Below are positions 8,197 to 16,048 of a stretch of 24,172 nucleotides of DNA, one piece after another. The stretch's first letter is position 1. Every line of letters begins with the position of its first letter. Origin of the DNA: an uncultured bacterium. GTDB taxonomy: Bacteria; UBP14; UBA6098; B30-G16. The position numbers and the translations under genes were made by a program. Location of the stretch: contig CBEVQY010000032.1 of assembly GCA_965552135.1 (NCBI GenBank), positions 1 through 24,172 on the forward strand, read 5' to 3'. Under the pieces are notes generated by a model. That model worked only from the letters and a program-made list of their open reading frames with translations, was not told where the DNA came from and made no database searches.

Positions 8197-8951
8197 CGAG
8201 TTTCGTCCCCCAAATTTTGCGGCAGAACGAACTTATCTCCCAGTCCGAGCTCGACGAAGTCTTTGCCCCACATCTTCCTGAAGATTCCTTCAGCCATTTC
8301 GCCTGTGCAGTGTGAGGGTGCGATCCGCACAACGCCCAGGGCGGAGAGGGAGTCGGCGATAGCCTTTATGCGCTCGCTATCAACGCCGATGAGGTGGAAC
8401 CCTCCCGCCAAAAGGGCGATGGTGTCGTTTGGGAAGAGCTCTTTGACCTTCCTTGTGATCTCCACCACCCCCGGGTGTGCGCACCCCGTGATGACGACCA
8501 CGCCCTCCTTCGTTCGCAGCGCGAGAGCTTGCTCCGGTATTGCGGCGCCACGATAGGTGCCCGAAAGTGGTCCGGTCGTCCACAGGGCGGGGAAAAGCTC
8601 CTTCGGTCCATCGATCTCCACGAGGCGCGCCTCTGGTGCGGCGCTTCGGAAGAGGTCCCTTGCGCCTGCCGGAACGAAGACTGGGATTCCGGCGCGCGCG
8701 TGCGCCAAAAACTGAGCAAGACCGCCCGTGTGGTCGTAGTGTGGATGCGAGAGGACGACGGCGTCCACCAATTTCGGGTCGAGCCCAAGGACCGCGAGGT
8801 TGTGCATAAGGACATCTCCGTCGGCGCCGGTGTCGAAAAGGACGACCCTGTCGTCCGCCTCGACCCACGCCGAAAACCCCCAGCCAGCCTCAAGACCACC
8901 ACCACCGCCGACGTTGTTGAAAACAACGATCACCACAAGATGGCTTATCAC
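8193..8951 (-). CDS. MBL-fold metallo-hydrolase (COG1237-like family)
   Basis: LFDTG, SHPHYDHTGG (HxHxDH), EQAL, GCAHPG, GGFHL, PSHCTG. Confidence 0.9.
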   Translation of the reverse strand: MISHLVVIVVFNNVGGGGGLEAGWGFSAWVEADDRVVLFDTGADGDVLMHNLAVLGLDPKLVDAVVLSHPHYDHTGGLAQFLAHARAGIPVFVPAGARDLFRSAAPEARLVEIDGPKELFPALWTTGPLSGTYRGAAIPEQALALRTKEGVVVITGCAHPGVVEITRKVKELFPNDTIALLAGGFHLIGVDSERIKAIADSLSALGVVRIAPSHCTGEMAEGIFRKMWGKDFVELGLGDKFVLPQNLGDETR

Positions 8952-8952
8952 C

Positions 8953-9639
8953 TCACCCCCCCTTGCTTATAAGTGCCTCAGCGATAACAAGGTCCTCTGG
9001 GGTCGTTATCTTTATGTTTCGCCTGCTTCCCAAAACGACTCTGACCTTTCCGCCAGCGGCTTCGACCGCTGCGGCGTCGTCGGTGAAGTTGCCGGGCACG
9101 CCGTAGGCACGCTTTATGATGTCGAACCTGAACGCCTGAGGCGTTTGCGCTGCCCAAAGCTTCGATCTGGGCGGCGTCTCTACGACCTCGTCGCCCTCGA
9201 CAAGCTTTATCGTATCGGCGACGGGCACGGCTGCGATAGCTGCTCCGAACTCCCTCGCCGCCGCGATGCACCGCGCGAAGACCTCGGCTTCGGCGAGTGG
9301 GCGCGCTCCGTCGTGGATGGCGACGATATCCTCGCCTGCGGCAACGCCCTCAAGCGCGGAAAGCCCGGCTCTGACCGAGTCGGCGCGCTCGGCACCGCCA
9401 ACGACGACGTCGACGATGCGCTCGGCAACGCAGCTTGCCGCAGACGAAAACTCGCGCTCAAACCCGCGCGGAACGACGAGGACTATCCCGTCCACGCCCG
9501 CCTCCGCAGCGCGAATCAGGGACCAGAGGAACAGGGGTTTCCCCGCAAGCTCGAAAAGCAGCTTGGGTTTTTCGGCACCGAAGCGCCTGCCCAAGCCGCC
9601 CGCGACGACAACACACCAAACCGCCTCAGCGCGCGCCAT
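8953..9639 (-). CDS. ispD: 2-C-methyl-D-erythritol 4-phosphate cytidylyltransferase
   Basis: AGGLGRRFG..PK, GGAERADSV, IHDGARP, DTIK, AQTPQAF, TDDA, NIKITTPEDL. Start moved to ATG 9639, just after the ricT stop. Confidence 0.93.
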   Translation of the reverse strand: MARAEAVWCVVVAGGLGRRFGAEKPKLLFELAGKPLFLWSLIRAAEAGVDGIVLVVPRGFEREFSSAASCVAERIVDVVVGGAERADSVRAGLSALEGVAAGEDIVAIHDGARPLAEAEVFARCIAAAREFGAAIAAVPVADTIKLVEGDEVVETPPRSKLWAAQTPQAFRFDIIKRAYGVPGNFTDDAAAVEAAGGKVRVVLGSRRNIKITTPEDLVIAEALISKGG

Positions 9640-9641
9640 AC

Positions 9642-10568
9642 CTACGCCCCCTTGCCGCGTCGACCATCGTCGGAACGACCTCTGGCGCAGCCCTCGCCAA
9701 CCCACTTCTTGATGAAATCCTTGCGACCAGCCAAAAGCTTTTTGAACTCAACCAAGCTCATCACACGGGGCTCCTCGCCCTCGCCAAAGCGAACGGTTAT
9801 CCTGTCGCGAAAGTGATCGACCGCCTCAACGACCATCTTGCCGCCGCCCTCAACGTCGTACTCCCCGCCAACCTCAGGATACTCCTCCCTCACCCTCTCG
9901 TAGTAGTCCATCTCGAAGGCAAGACAGCACATAAGCCTTTCGCACAAGCCCGATATCTTGGCAGGGTTTAGGACGAGATTCTGCATGCGCGCCATCTGCG
10001 TCGAGATGGGCACGAACTGCTTCATAAAAAGGGAGCAGCACGTTATTCTCCCGCAGGGACCGATGCCGCCGACCATCTTCACCTCGTCGCGGACGCCTAT
10101 CTGCCGAAGCTCTATACGGGTCCTGTAGGTTGCCGCAAGGTCCTTCACAAGCTCCCTGAAGTCGACGCGCTCCTCGGCGGTGAAGTAAATTGTAAGCTTC
10201 CTGCCGTCGAACTGATACTCCGCGTCGACAAGCTTCATCCTAAGCCCGCGGAAGTCGACGAACTCCTGACAGGTCTTTATGACCTCCCTCTCCATTTCGC
10301 GCAGTCTTGCGAGCCTCTCGAGGTCCTCGGGGGTGGCGCGCCTTAGGATCTCCAGGGGATACTTGTGCTGCGAGTGCGCCTCGAAGTATTCCCTCGTGAT
10401 GGGGGAAACTATCCTGCCTATGTCTCTGCCGCGCTCAACCTGAACCAAAACGTGCTCACCACGCTCAAGACCGAGGTGGTTTCGGTCGATGTAGTAGTCG
10501 AACCTGCGCCTCTTGAAGACGACGACGTAGTAATCGGGCTCAACAAGAACGCTTCTTTTCGCCGACAT
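9642..10568 (-). CDS. ricT: PSP1-domain regulatory Fe-S protein RicT/YaaT
   Basis: LRRATPED, YFTAEERVDFRELVKDLA..TRIELRQIGVRDE, GPCGRITCC, QNL.LNPAKISGLCERLMCCLAFE. Start ATG 10568 with SD GGAGGTG. Confidence 0.92.
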   Translation of the reverse strand: MSAKRSVLVEPDYYVVVFKRRRFDYYIDRNHLGLERGEHVLVQVERGRDIGRIVSPITREYFEAHSQHKYPLEILRRATPEDLERLARLREMEREVIKTCQEFVDFRGLRMKLVDAEYQFDGRKLTIYFTAEERVDFRELVKDLAATYRTRIELRQIGVRDEVKMVGGIGPCGRITCCSLFMKQFVPISTQMARMQNLVLNPAKISGLCERLMCCLAFEMDYYERVREEYPEVGGEYDVEGGGKMVVEAVDHFRDRITVRFGEGEEPRVMSLVEFKKLLAGRKDFIKKWVGEGCARGRSDDGRRGKGA

Positions 10569-10606
10569 GCCATCACCTCCGGGTTCATAGCCCAAGCGGG
10601 CGAAAG

Positions 10607-11272
10607 TTACCTCACGGATCTTCCTATCCTCCCCCACCGAACCCGCCCCGGGAAGTGGATGATGTTGTAGAAGACGATGGGGAATATGCTCAGCGGGGAG
10701 CTCCAACTCGGCGCCGAGGGATCAGGTGCCCACGAGAAGTATATGAAGAGGGGTCGAGCGACAACATCCTCAAGCGGCAAGGCTCCCCAGAACCTCGAGT
10801 CGTTGGAGTTGTCGCGGTTGTCGCCGATGACGAATATGTGTCCTGGCGGAACGACGACGGGTCCGAAGTTGTCGCGCGTGGAGTATATTGCCGAAAGCAC
10901 GCGCGGGTCGGTGTACTTCGTCCCCGGCGGGTCGGGGAAGGGAACGCCGTTGACGTAAAGGACTTTGTCGCGTATCACGACGGTGTCGCCCGCTACAGCA
11001 ACACAGCGCTTTATGAAAGCCTTTTCGGGGTTTAGGGGGTATTTGAACACCACAAGCTCGCCCCGACGCGGCGGACGAAAACGATACGTTACCTTCTCGC
11101 TCAAAACGAAATCCCCGACAAGAAGGGTGTCTTCCATGGAGCACGAAGGTATTCTGAACGCCTGAACCACATAGGCGCGCAAAAGCAGGGTCAAAAGCAC
11201 CGTTATGGCGAAAACCTCAAGAAAGCTTCGCCAAAAGCTTTTCTTCTCCTCTATCTCAACCTGCTGTGCCAC
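10607..11272 (-). CDS. lepB: Signal peptidase I
   Basis: TM anchor, QAFRIPSCSMEDTLLVGD (catalytic Ser box), FIKRC (catalytic Lys), GDNRDNSNDSRFWG. Start taken as GTG 11272. Confidence 0.95.
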   Translation of the reverse strand: MAQQVEIEEKKSFWRSFLEVFAITVLLTLLLRAYVVQAFRIPSCSMEDTLLVGDFVLSEKVTYRFRPPRRGELVVFKYPLNPEKAFIKRCVAVAGDTVVIRDKVLYVNGVPFPDPPGTKYTDPRVLSAIYSTRDNFGPVVVPPGHIFVIGDNRDNSNDSRFWGALPLEDVVARPLFIYFSWAPDPSAPSWSSPLSIFPIVFYNIIHFPGRVRWGRIGRSVR

Positions 11273-11279
11273 AGAACTA

Positions 11280-11308
11280 ATTTTACTGCGCCAAAAGCCA
11301 TAGCGCAA
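11280..11308 (-). promoter_or_regulatory. Putative sigma70 promoter, probably leaderless lepB transcript
   Basis: TTGCGC-N17-TAAAAT, then 7 nt to the GTG start; no SD. Confidence 0.55.
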
Positions 11309-11319
11309 GAACTCAGCTA

Positions 11320-11500
11320 CAAATATCGGGGGAGGTTCACCGACGCCACAGCGGCGCCCTGAACGGCACACACATCAGGACCGATGCGCCGCCAAAGACA
11401 CAAAATCTGCGCTGATCAAAGACTCCGGGGCGGGCATAGCGCCGGTTGATCTGCGCGAGGACGCCCGCCGAACAAACGCAGCGCAAAGCCGCTGATCAAG
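11320..11500. other. Structured non-coding intergenic region (candidate ncRNA or cis-element, unidentified)
   Basis: Complementary pairs 11351-11357/11386-11392, 11358-11362/11375-11379, 11409-11419/11446-11456 (1 mismatch) and 11429-11435/11463-11469. No convincing ORF. Confidence 0.35.
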
Positions 11501-11506
11501 CGCTTT

Positions 11507-12427
11507 TTAGCACAATCCTTCCACCGCCGCGTGCGGCGTCACGATGGCGTTGACGTATCTTTTGGGCTTGAGCCGAGCCTCGCTCCAGACGACGACGTTC
11601 TCAAGCGCTGCGCCCTTCGGCACAACGGCGCGCGGACATATCGCGACAAACCCCGCAAGCGAAGCATCCGGGGCGACGCGCGCGCTCTCGGCAACGAAAA
11701 CCCCAGCGCCGCACCCGGGGAGGGCAAGCTCGCCCGAAAAAAGAACCCTCCTGTGGAGATCGAGGTAGTCGGCAAGCGTTCCGAAGTCGTGCCAGAAGCG
11801 GTCGTCAACAGCTGCTCGAACGGCGCGCCGCGCAACCCACGGCAAAAGCTCCTCCACAAGCGAGGAGAAGCGCCTCGGGAACGAAGCCAAGACCTCGGGC
11901 TCGAAGAACGCAACGCCTGCGTACGTCAGCCCCACGCCCCCGCGGAAACCGACCACGAAGCCATCCTCCACAACGACCGAGCCGGGGTTCGGTCGGTCGA
12001 CCAAAACCATCGTGACGGCTGCGCCCAGCCGCAGGTGGGCTTCGTACGCCGAGAGAAGGTCAAGGTCCTCCACGACGTCGCCGTTGTGGACGAGGATCGT
12101 GCCACAAGGTCTTCCAGCGAACGCGAAGAGATTGCCCAGTCCGCCCGCGGTGCCCAAAATCCCTCCCGACTCAACCGCAACCTCAATCTCAACGCCCAGA
12201 GAGGCAGAAAGCCTCTGTGCCTCGGCGCGGATCATCTCAGACAGGTGGTGGGCGTTGAGGAAGAAGCTTTTCACCCCCGCCCTCGCGAGGCGCTCCACTA
12301 TGACCTCAAGCGCGGGTCTGCACACGATCGGAAAAAGTGGTTTTGGGAGCCACTTCGTAAGCGGCATAAGCCTTGTGCCAAACCCTGCGCAAAGCACAAA
12401 CGCGGTTTGGGGGAACGCCTCAGCCAT
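11507..12427 (-). CDS. NDP-sugar pyrophosphorylase family nucleotidyltransferase (MurU/mannose-1-P guanylyltransferase-like) with short C-terminal beta-helix
   Basis: LCAGFGTRLMPLT..PKPL, NAHHL, LGTAGG, HNGD, WHDFGT, hexapeptide-like tail. Confidence 0.88.
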   Translation of the reverse strand: MAEAFPQTAFVLCAGFGTRLMPLTKWLPKPLFPIVCRPALEVIVERLARAGVKSFFLNAHHLSEMIRAEAQRLSASLGVEIEVAVESGGILGTAGGLGNLFAFAGRPCGTILVHNGDVVEDLDLLSAYEAHLRLGAAVTMVLVDRPNPGSVVVEDGFVVGFRGGVGLTYAGVAFFEPEVLASFPRRFSSLVEELLPWVARRAVRAAVDDRFWHDFGTLADYLDLHRRVLFSGELALPGCGAGVFVAESARVAPDASLAGFVAICPRAVVPKGAALENVVVWSEARLKPKRYVNAIVTPHAAVEGLC

Positions 12428-13106
12428 CGCCTACCCTCAGGTGCAAAGCCGGCACGACGGCGAATATCGGCAGCTCGGCGTACGCGGGGTCGCGATCCCT
12501 GAGGAGGGGCAAAAGGTCAAGGTACGCCACAAAGGGCTCCCCCTGCGTTCCGTCGCCAAGCCGCCAAAAGCGCTTCGTGGCGTCCTCCTTCGCCAAAGTC
12601 CTCCTGACGCGCAAAAGTGAGGAGGGCTCAAGCTCGCCCGCTATAGCCTTTATCGCCTGCTCGCTTGTGCGGGCGTAGGTGTCGGTTATGGCGTAGTCGC
12701 ACAGGCGGAGGTTGAACTTACGGTCCCTGTCGGTCGTGGGAGGGTCGGCGCGGAACGTGTAGAGCGCAAAAGGCGCGACGTAATCGAACGCTTCGGCGGA
12801 AAGGACCACAACCGGGCAAGCGAAGGCAGAAGCTGTCGCAACCGCCTCGGCGGCGAAAAATGTCGTCTTCGCCGACGCCGCAAAAGCCTCCAAAAGCGGC
12901 TCAGCCTCCGAAAAGGGGAACCGAATGTGCCTTATCTTCCCCTTCTGCGGGATCCTGTCCCAAAGCGACGGCGGAACGCCAAGCTCCCTGTACCTGAAGT
13001 GCTGAACGAGCCACCGAAGGGCGCCCTCCTCCTCCTGCGCGCCAACGCCCAAAAGGACGCCGCGCAGGTTCTTGAGCAAGGCTATGTAGTGCGGGTCGAA
13101 TTTCAC
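12420..13106 (-). CDS. Hypothetical protein (228 aa)
   Basis: GTG 13106 with SD GGAGGAGG, overlapping the upstream stop (GTGA); its 3' end overlaps the downstream ATG. No family recognised. Confidence 0.7.
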   Translation of the reverse strand: MKFDPHYIALLKNLRGVLLGVGAQEEEGALRWLVQHFRYRELGVPPSLWDRIPQKGKIRHIRFPFSEAEPLLEAFAASAKTTFFAAEAVATASAFACPVVVLSAEAFDYVAPFALYTFRADPPTTDRDRKFNLRLCDYAITDTYARTSEQAIKAIAGELEPSSLLRVRRTLAKEDATKRFWRLGDGTQGEPFVAYLDLLPLLRDRDPAYAELPIFAVVPALHLRVGDG

Positions 13107-13384
13107 GCCCTCCTCCGACGACCGCCGCGCAGAAGAGCTTCCCCCTCCAAAAGCGCCCTCACCTCCGGACGCACGAAGTGCTCCTCCCAGGGCAGGCGCC
13201 TGAGCTCCGAAGAGATAAGCTCTATCTTCGACTGTGGCGAGAGCGCCCTGTTTACGAAGAGCAAAAGCTTTTCGCGCAGCCTGCAAAGCCCCCCCGCCAA
13301 AGCGCCCATCTTCTCGTACCTCACCTCCACGCCGAGCCGCTGCGCAAGTCGCTCAAGCTCCGCTATGACCTGTTCCCTGCGCAT
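13103..13384 (-). CDS. Small hypothetical protein (93 aa), LERLAQRLGVEVRYE..GGLCRL type
   Basis: ATG 13384 directly after a promoter, protein-like alpha/beta pattern, translationally coupled to the next gene. Confidence 0.75.
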   Translation of the reverse strand: MRREQVIAELERLAQRLGVEVRYEKMGALAGGLCRLREKLLLFVNRALSPQSKIELISSELRRLPWEEHFVRPEVRALLEGEALLRGGRRRRA

Positions 13385-13390
13385 CGGGAT

Positions 13391-13419
13391 ATCATAAGCG
13401 AAAAACTTCGCCGTGTCGA
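13391..13419 (-). promoter_or_regulatory. Putative sigma70 promoter (leaderless) for the 93-aa gene operon
   Basis: TCGACA-N17-TATGAT, then 6 nt to ATG 13384. Confidence 0.6.
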
Positions 13420-13439
13420 GCGCTTTTTGGAAAGTTCCC

Positions 13440-13468
13440 TTGCATCTGCGCCCAGGGGCTGCGATAAT
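13440..13468 (+). promoter_or_regulatory. Putative sigma70 promoter for the HAD-MTase-cdaA unit (divergent)
   Basis: TTGCAT-N17-GATAAT, short leader containing AGGTG before ATG 13482. Confidence 0.55.
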
Positions 13469-13481
13469 AATTAGGTGCGCT

Positions 13482-14288
13482 ATGTTTGATCTTGTGGTCA
13501 TAGACCTCGACGGCACGCTCATCCGCAGCGACCTTACGGTTGGCGAGGATACCGTTTGCGCGATTCGGCGTGCGAAGGAGCGGGGCGTGCGGGTCACCTT
13601 CGCCACGGGGCGGATGATATCCGCGTCGGCGCATTACATCGACGTCCTTGGCGTTGAGCTTCCCGTCGTCGCCCTCAACGGCGCACTCGTTGGCGGAAGA
13701 GGCGGAAACGACGTCATCTTCCACAAACCCCTGCCGAGGGACGACTTTGAGCGCGTGCTGCCGGCGCTTGCGGAAAGCCGCGCCGCAGTCACCCTCGTCT
13801 ACGGCGACTCCTCCTGCGGGTGGAACATCGACCCCGCCATGTGCCGAAAGCTTTCGTCGTGGATTACGGGGATAAGTGCTGCATCGCCTGCGGAGGTCCC
13901 GCGGGAGCCAACGATTGCCCTCATCGCCGGCGACGAGGCGAAGGTGAGGGAGACCGCGGATCGGATACGAAGCGCCGAAGCCCGCGGGCTGCAGCTTTTC
14001 GTCTTCCCGTCGATCAGGTTTTACCCGATGTGGTACGCCGAGCTTCGCGCCGCGGGCGTCGACAAAGGCGTTGGGCTCAGGGCGCTGCGACAAGCGCTGG
14101 GAATACCAAAGGAGAAGGTCCTCGTGATAGGCGACTTCTTAAACGACCTGCCGATGTTCGCCGAGGCGGGGCTGAAAGCCGCCGTGGCAAACTCACACAA
14201 CGACGTCATCGCAGCAGCAGACTACGTAAGCCCTCTCTCAAACGACCAGGACGCCGTGGCGGAGATAATCGAAAGGTTCGTGCTGTAG
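13482..14288 (+). CDS. Cof-type HAD-IIB hydrolase
   Basis: DLDGTL (motif I), FATGR (II), NGA, VDKG (III), IGDFLNDLPMF (IV). Confidence 0.93.
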   Translation: MFDLVVIDLDGTLIRSDLTVGEDTVCAIRRAKERGVRVTFATGRMISASAHYIDVLGVELPVVALNGALVGGRGGNDVIFHKPLPRDDFERVLPALAESRAAVTLVYGDSSCGWNIDPAMCRKLSSWITGISAASPAEVPREPTIALIAGDEAKVRETADRIRSAEARGLQLFVFPSIRFYPMWYAELRAAGVDKGVGLRALRQALGIPKEKVLVIGDFLNDLPMFAEAGLKAAVANSHNDVIAAADYVSPLSNDQDAVAEIIERFVL

Positions 14289-14298
14289 AGAAACAAGC

Positions 14299-15186
14299 AT
14301 GCCGGTAACCGAGAGAAAAAGAGCAAACAGACTCGATGGCAGAAGCTGGCTCAAAAACTCGATAAGCGTTTGGAGCGACATCGAGAAATCGCACGAGGAG
14401 CGGCAACTACGCCATCCAGCAATGTTCCCTGCGGAACTTGTTGAGCGGTTGATAGACTGCTACGCCCCGCCGGACGCTCATTTGGTGATAGATCCCTTCC
14501 TGGGCTCGGGATCAACACTCATAGGTGCGAAGCGCAAGGGTCTTTCGGCGGTGGGATTCGAGGTCGTCGAAAAGTTCGCCCGAATGGCGCACGCAAGGAT
14601 AACGAAAGCCGCCGCGGACCTGCTGAGCGAAACCTCTGAGATAAATATCGTTTTAATGACCCCAACCGACACTGTGCGAGTAAAAAGTGAAGGACTTCAG
14701 TTCATCATAGTTGTGGGGGATGTCCGGCGAACATCCCGTTTCTTCGAGGATGGGATCGCCGACATCCTCATAACTTCACCCCCTTATTGGAACATACACA
14801 GGCGGCAGAGAAGCGTCGACAGGAAAGACTCAAGACCGTACTCCGAAAAGGACGAGGATCTGGGGAACATTGCAAACTACGGCGCCTTCCTGAGGGAGTT
14901 GCAGAAGATCTTCTCCGAAATGAAAAGGCTTCTCAAAAGCGGAGCGTACGCAATCGTCGATGTGATGGATCTCAGGTATGGTCCACGCTTCATCCCGTTC
15001 CACATGGATATTACCCAAGTAATGGGTTCAGCAGGCTTCGTTATAGAGGACATAATCATATGGAACAGAGCGAGAGAGTACAACAATCTCCGTCCAATCG
15101 GCTATCCGTACAAGTTTATTGTGAACAAGGTCCACGAGTACTTGCTTGTCTTCAGGAGGGACGGGGCATACCAGCGCCCTGCGTAA
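14299..15186 (+). CDS. Amino-DNA methyltransferase (likely m4C, SPPY), orphan
   Basis: SVW..HPAMFP, VIDPFLGSGST (motif I), ITSPPYW (motif IV), DLGN, IIIW, HEYLLVF. No adjacent restriction endonuclease. Confidence 0.87.
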   Translation: MPVTERKRANRLDGRSWLKNSISVWSDIEKSHEERQLRHPAMFPAELVERLIDCYAPPDAHLVIDPFLGSGSTLIGAKRKGLSAVGFEVVEKFARMAHARITKAAADLLSETSEINIVLMTPTDTVRVKSEGLQFIIVVGDVRRTSRFFEDGIADILITSPPYWNIHRRQRSVDRKDSRPYSEKDEDLGNIANYGAFLRELQKIFSEMKRLLKSGAYAIVDVMDLRYGPRFIPFHMDITQVMGSAGFVIEDIIIWNRAREYNNLRPIGYPYKFIVNKVHEYLLVFRRDGAYQRPA

Positions 15187-15207
15187 GAAGCGGCATTTTA
15201 TAGGACC

Positions 15208-16017
15208 ATGCCCACTCTCTTCCACATATACTTCATCCCCGTGACTCTGGGCGACGTTCTGGACATTTTGGTTGTGGCTGCGGGGATATATGCTCTGCTT
15301 GCGGTGATGGAGGGCACCCGCGCAAGATCTATGCTTGTTGGGCTGGCGATGCTGCTTATGGGAGCGTTTGTGGCGTACTGGCTCAACCTGCAAACCCTTG
15401 CCTGGATCGTGCGCGGACTCGGAACGGTTTGGGTGATAGCCTTCCTGGTCGTCTTCCAGCCCGAGCTGAGGGATATACTCACCCGCCTGGGCAACCTCAA
15501 GATCCTACGGGCTTTTTCGGGCAGGGCGTCGCTTCGCGTGGTGGATGATCTTGTGGCGGCGGCGCGTATGCTCTCCGAGGGCGAGGTTGGGGCGCTCATA
15601 GCGATACAAAGGCGCGTCCCCCTCGACGACGTCGTGTCCACAGGAAAGCCCATAGGCGCAAAGCTCACCCCCGAGCTTTTGACGACCATCTTCGCGCCGC
15701 ACACGCCCCTGCACGACGGAGGCGTCGTCGTCGTTGGCGACACCATAGCAGCCGCAGCGTGCGAGTTCCCAATGACCGAAAACCCGCGCTACAGGCGCAC
15801 CTTGGGAATGCGCCACCGAGCCGCCGTGGGACTTACCGAACACTCCGACGCTGCCGTCATCGTGGTCTCCGAGGAAACGGGTGCTATATCGCTTGCCATC
15901 CGCGGATACCTCCGACGACAGCTCACACTCGACACACTCAAAAGACTTCTGGAGATCATCCTAAGCGGCAGGGAGTTCCGCAAGGTCAAAAGGCGATCCC
16001 CTCCCCACGAGGTTTGA
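15208..16017 (+). CDS. cdaA: Membrane-bound diadenylate cyclase CdaA/DacA
   Basis: Three N-terminal TM helices, VVFQPELR, GALIAI, IF..TPLHDGG, LGMRHRAAVG.TE.SDA.VIVVSEETG.IS. Confidence 0.93.
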   Translation: MPTLFHIYFIPVTLGDVLDILVVAAGIYALLAVMEGTRARSMLVGLAMLLMGAFVAYWLNLQTLAWIVRGLGTVWVIAFLVVFQPELRDILTRLGNLKILRAFSGRASLRVVDDLVAAARMLSEGEVGALIAIQRRVPLDDVVSTGKPIGAKLTPELLTTIFAPHTPLHDGGVVVVGDTIAAAACEFPMTENPRYRRTLGMRHRAAVGLTEHSDAAVIVVSEETGAISLAIRGYLRRQLTLDTLKRLLEIILSGREFRKVKRRSPPHEV

Positions 16018-16041
16018 CGCTTGAATTTTTCGCGTTATATT
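16014..16041 (+). promoter_or_regulatory. Putative sigma70 promoter (leaderless) for the two secreted-protein genes
   Basis: TTGACG-N16-TATATT, then 7 nt to ATG 16049; no SD. Confidence 0.55.
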
Positions 16042-16048
16042 ACAAAAG

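Noticed and set aside
5748..8315. Long antisense ORFs (855 aa here; also 703-1674, 1681-3306, 8800-9816, 11531-12502, 21398-23041)
   Set aside because: Shadow frames opposite well-supported genes in GC-rich DNA, with Arg/Leu/Val-skewed composition and no motifs.
11130..11160. LepB PSCSM instead of PSGSM as a sign of inactivation
   Set aside because: The catalytic Ser, Lys and GDN..S.DSR box are all intact; a single substitution is not enough evidence.
11320..11400. Identification as 6S RNA or SRP RNA (GTCCTGATGTGT on the minus strand; GGTTCA..AACGGCAC and TCAGGACCG on the plus strand)
   Set aside because: Only short fragments resemble them. The long end-to-end 6S hairpin would run into lepB and I could not build it, and the SRP GNRA..AGCAG motif is absent. 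Kept only as an unidentified structured region.
11507..13106. amgK-murU peptidoglycan recycling pair
   Set aside because: The upstream protein lacks phosphotransferase motifs, so the murU symbol was not assigned.
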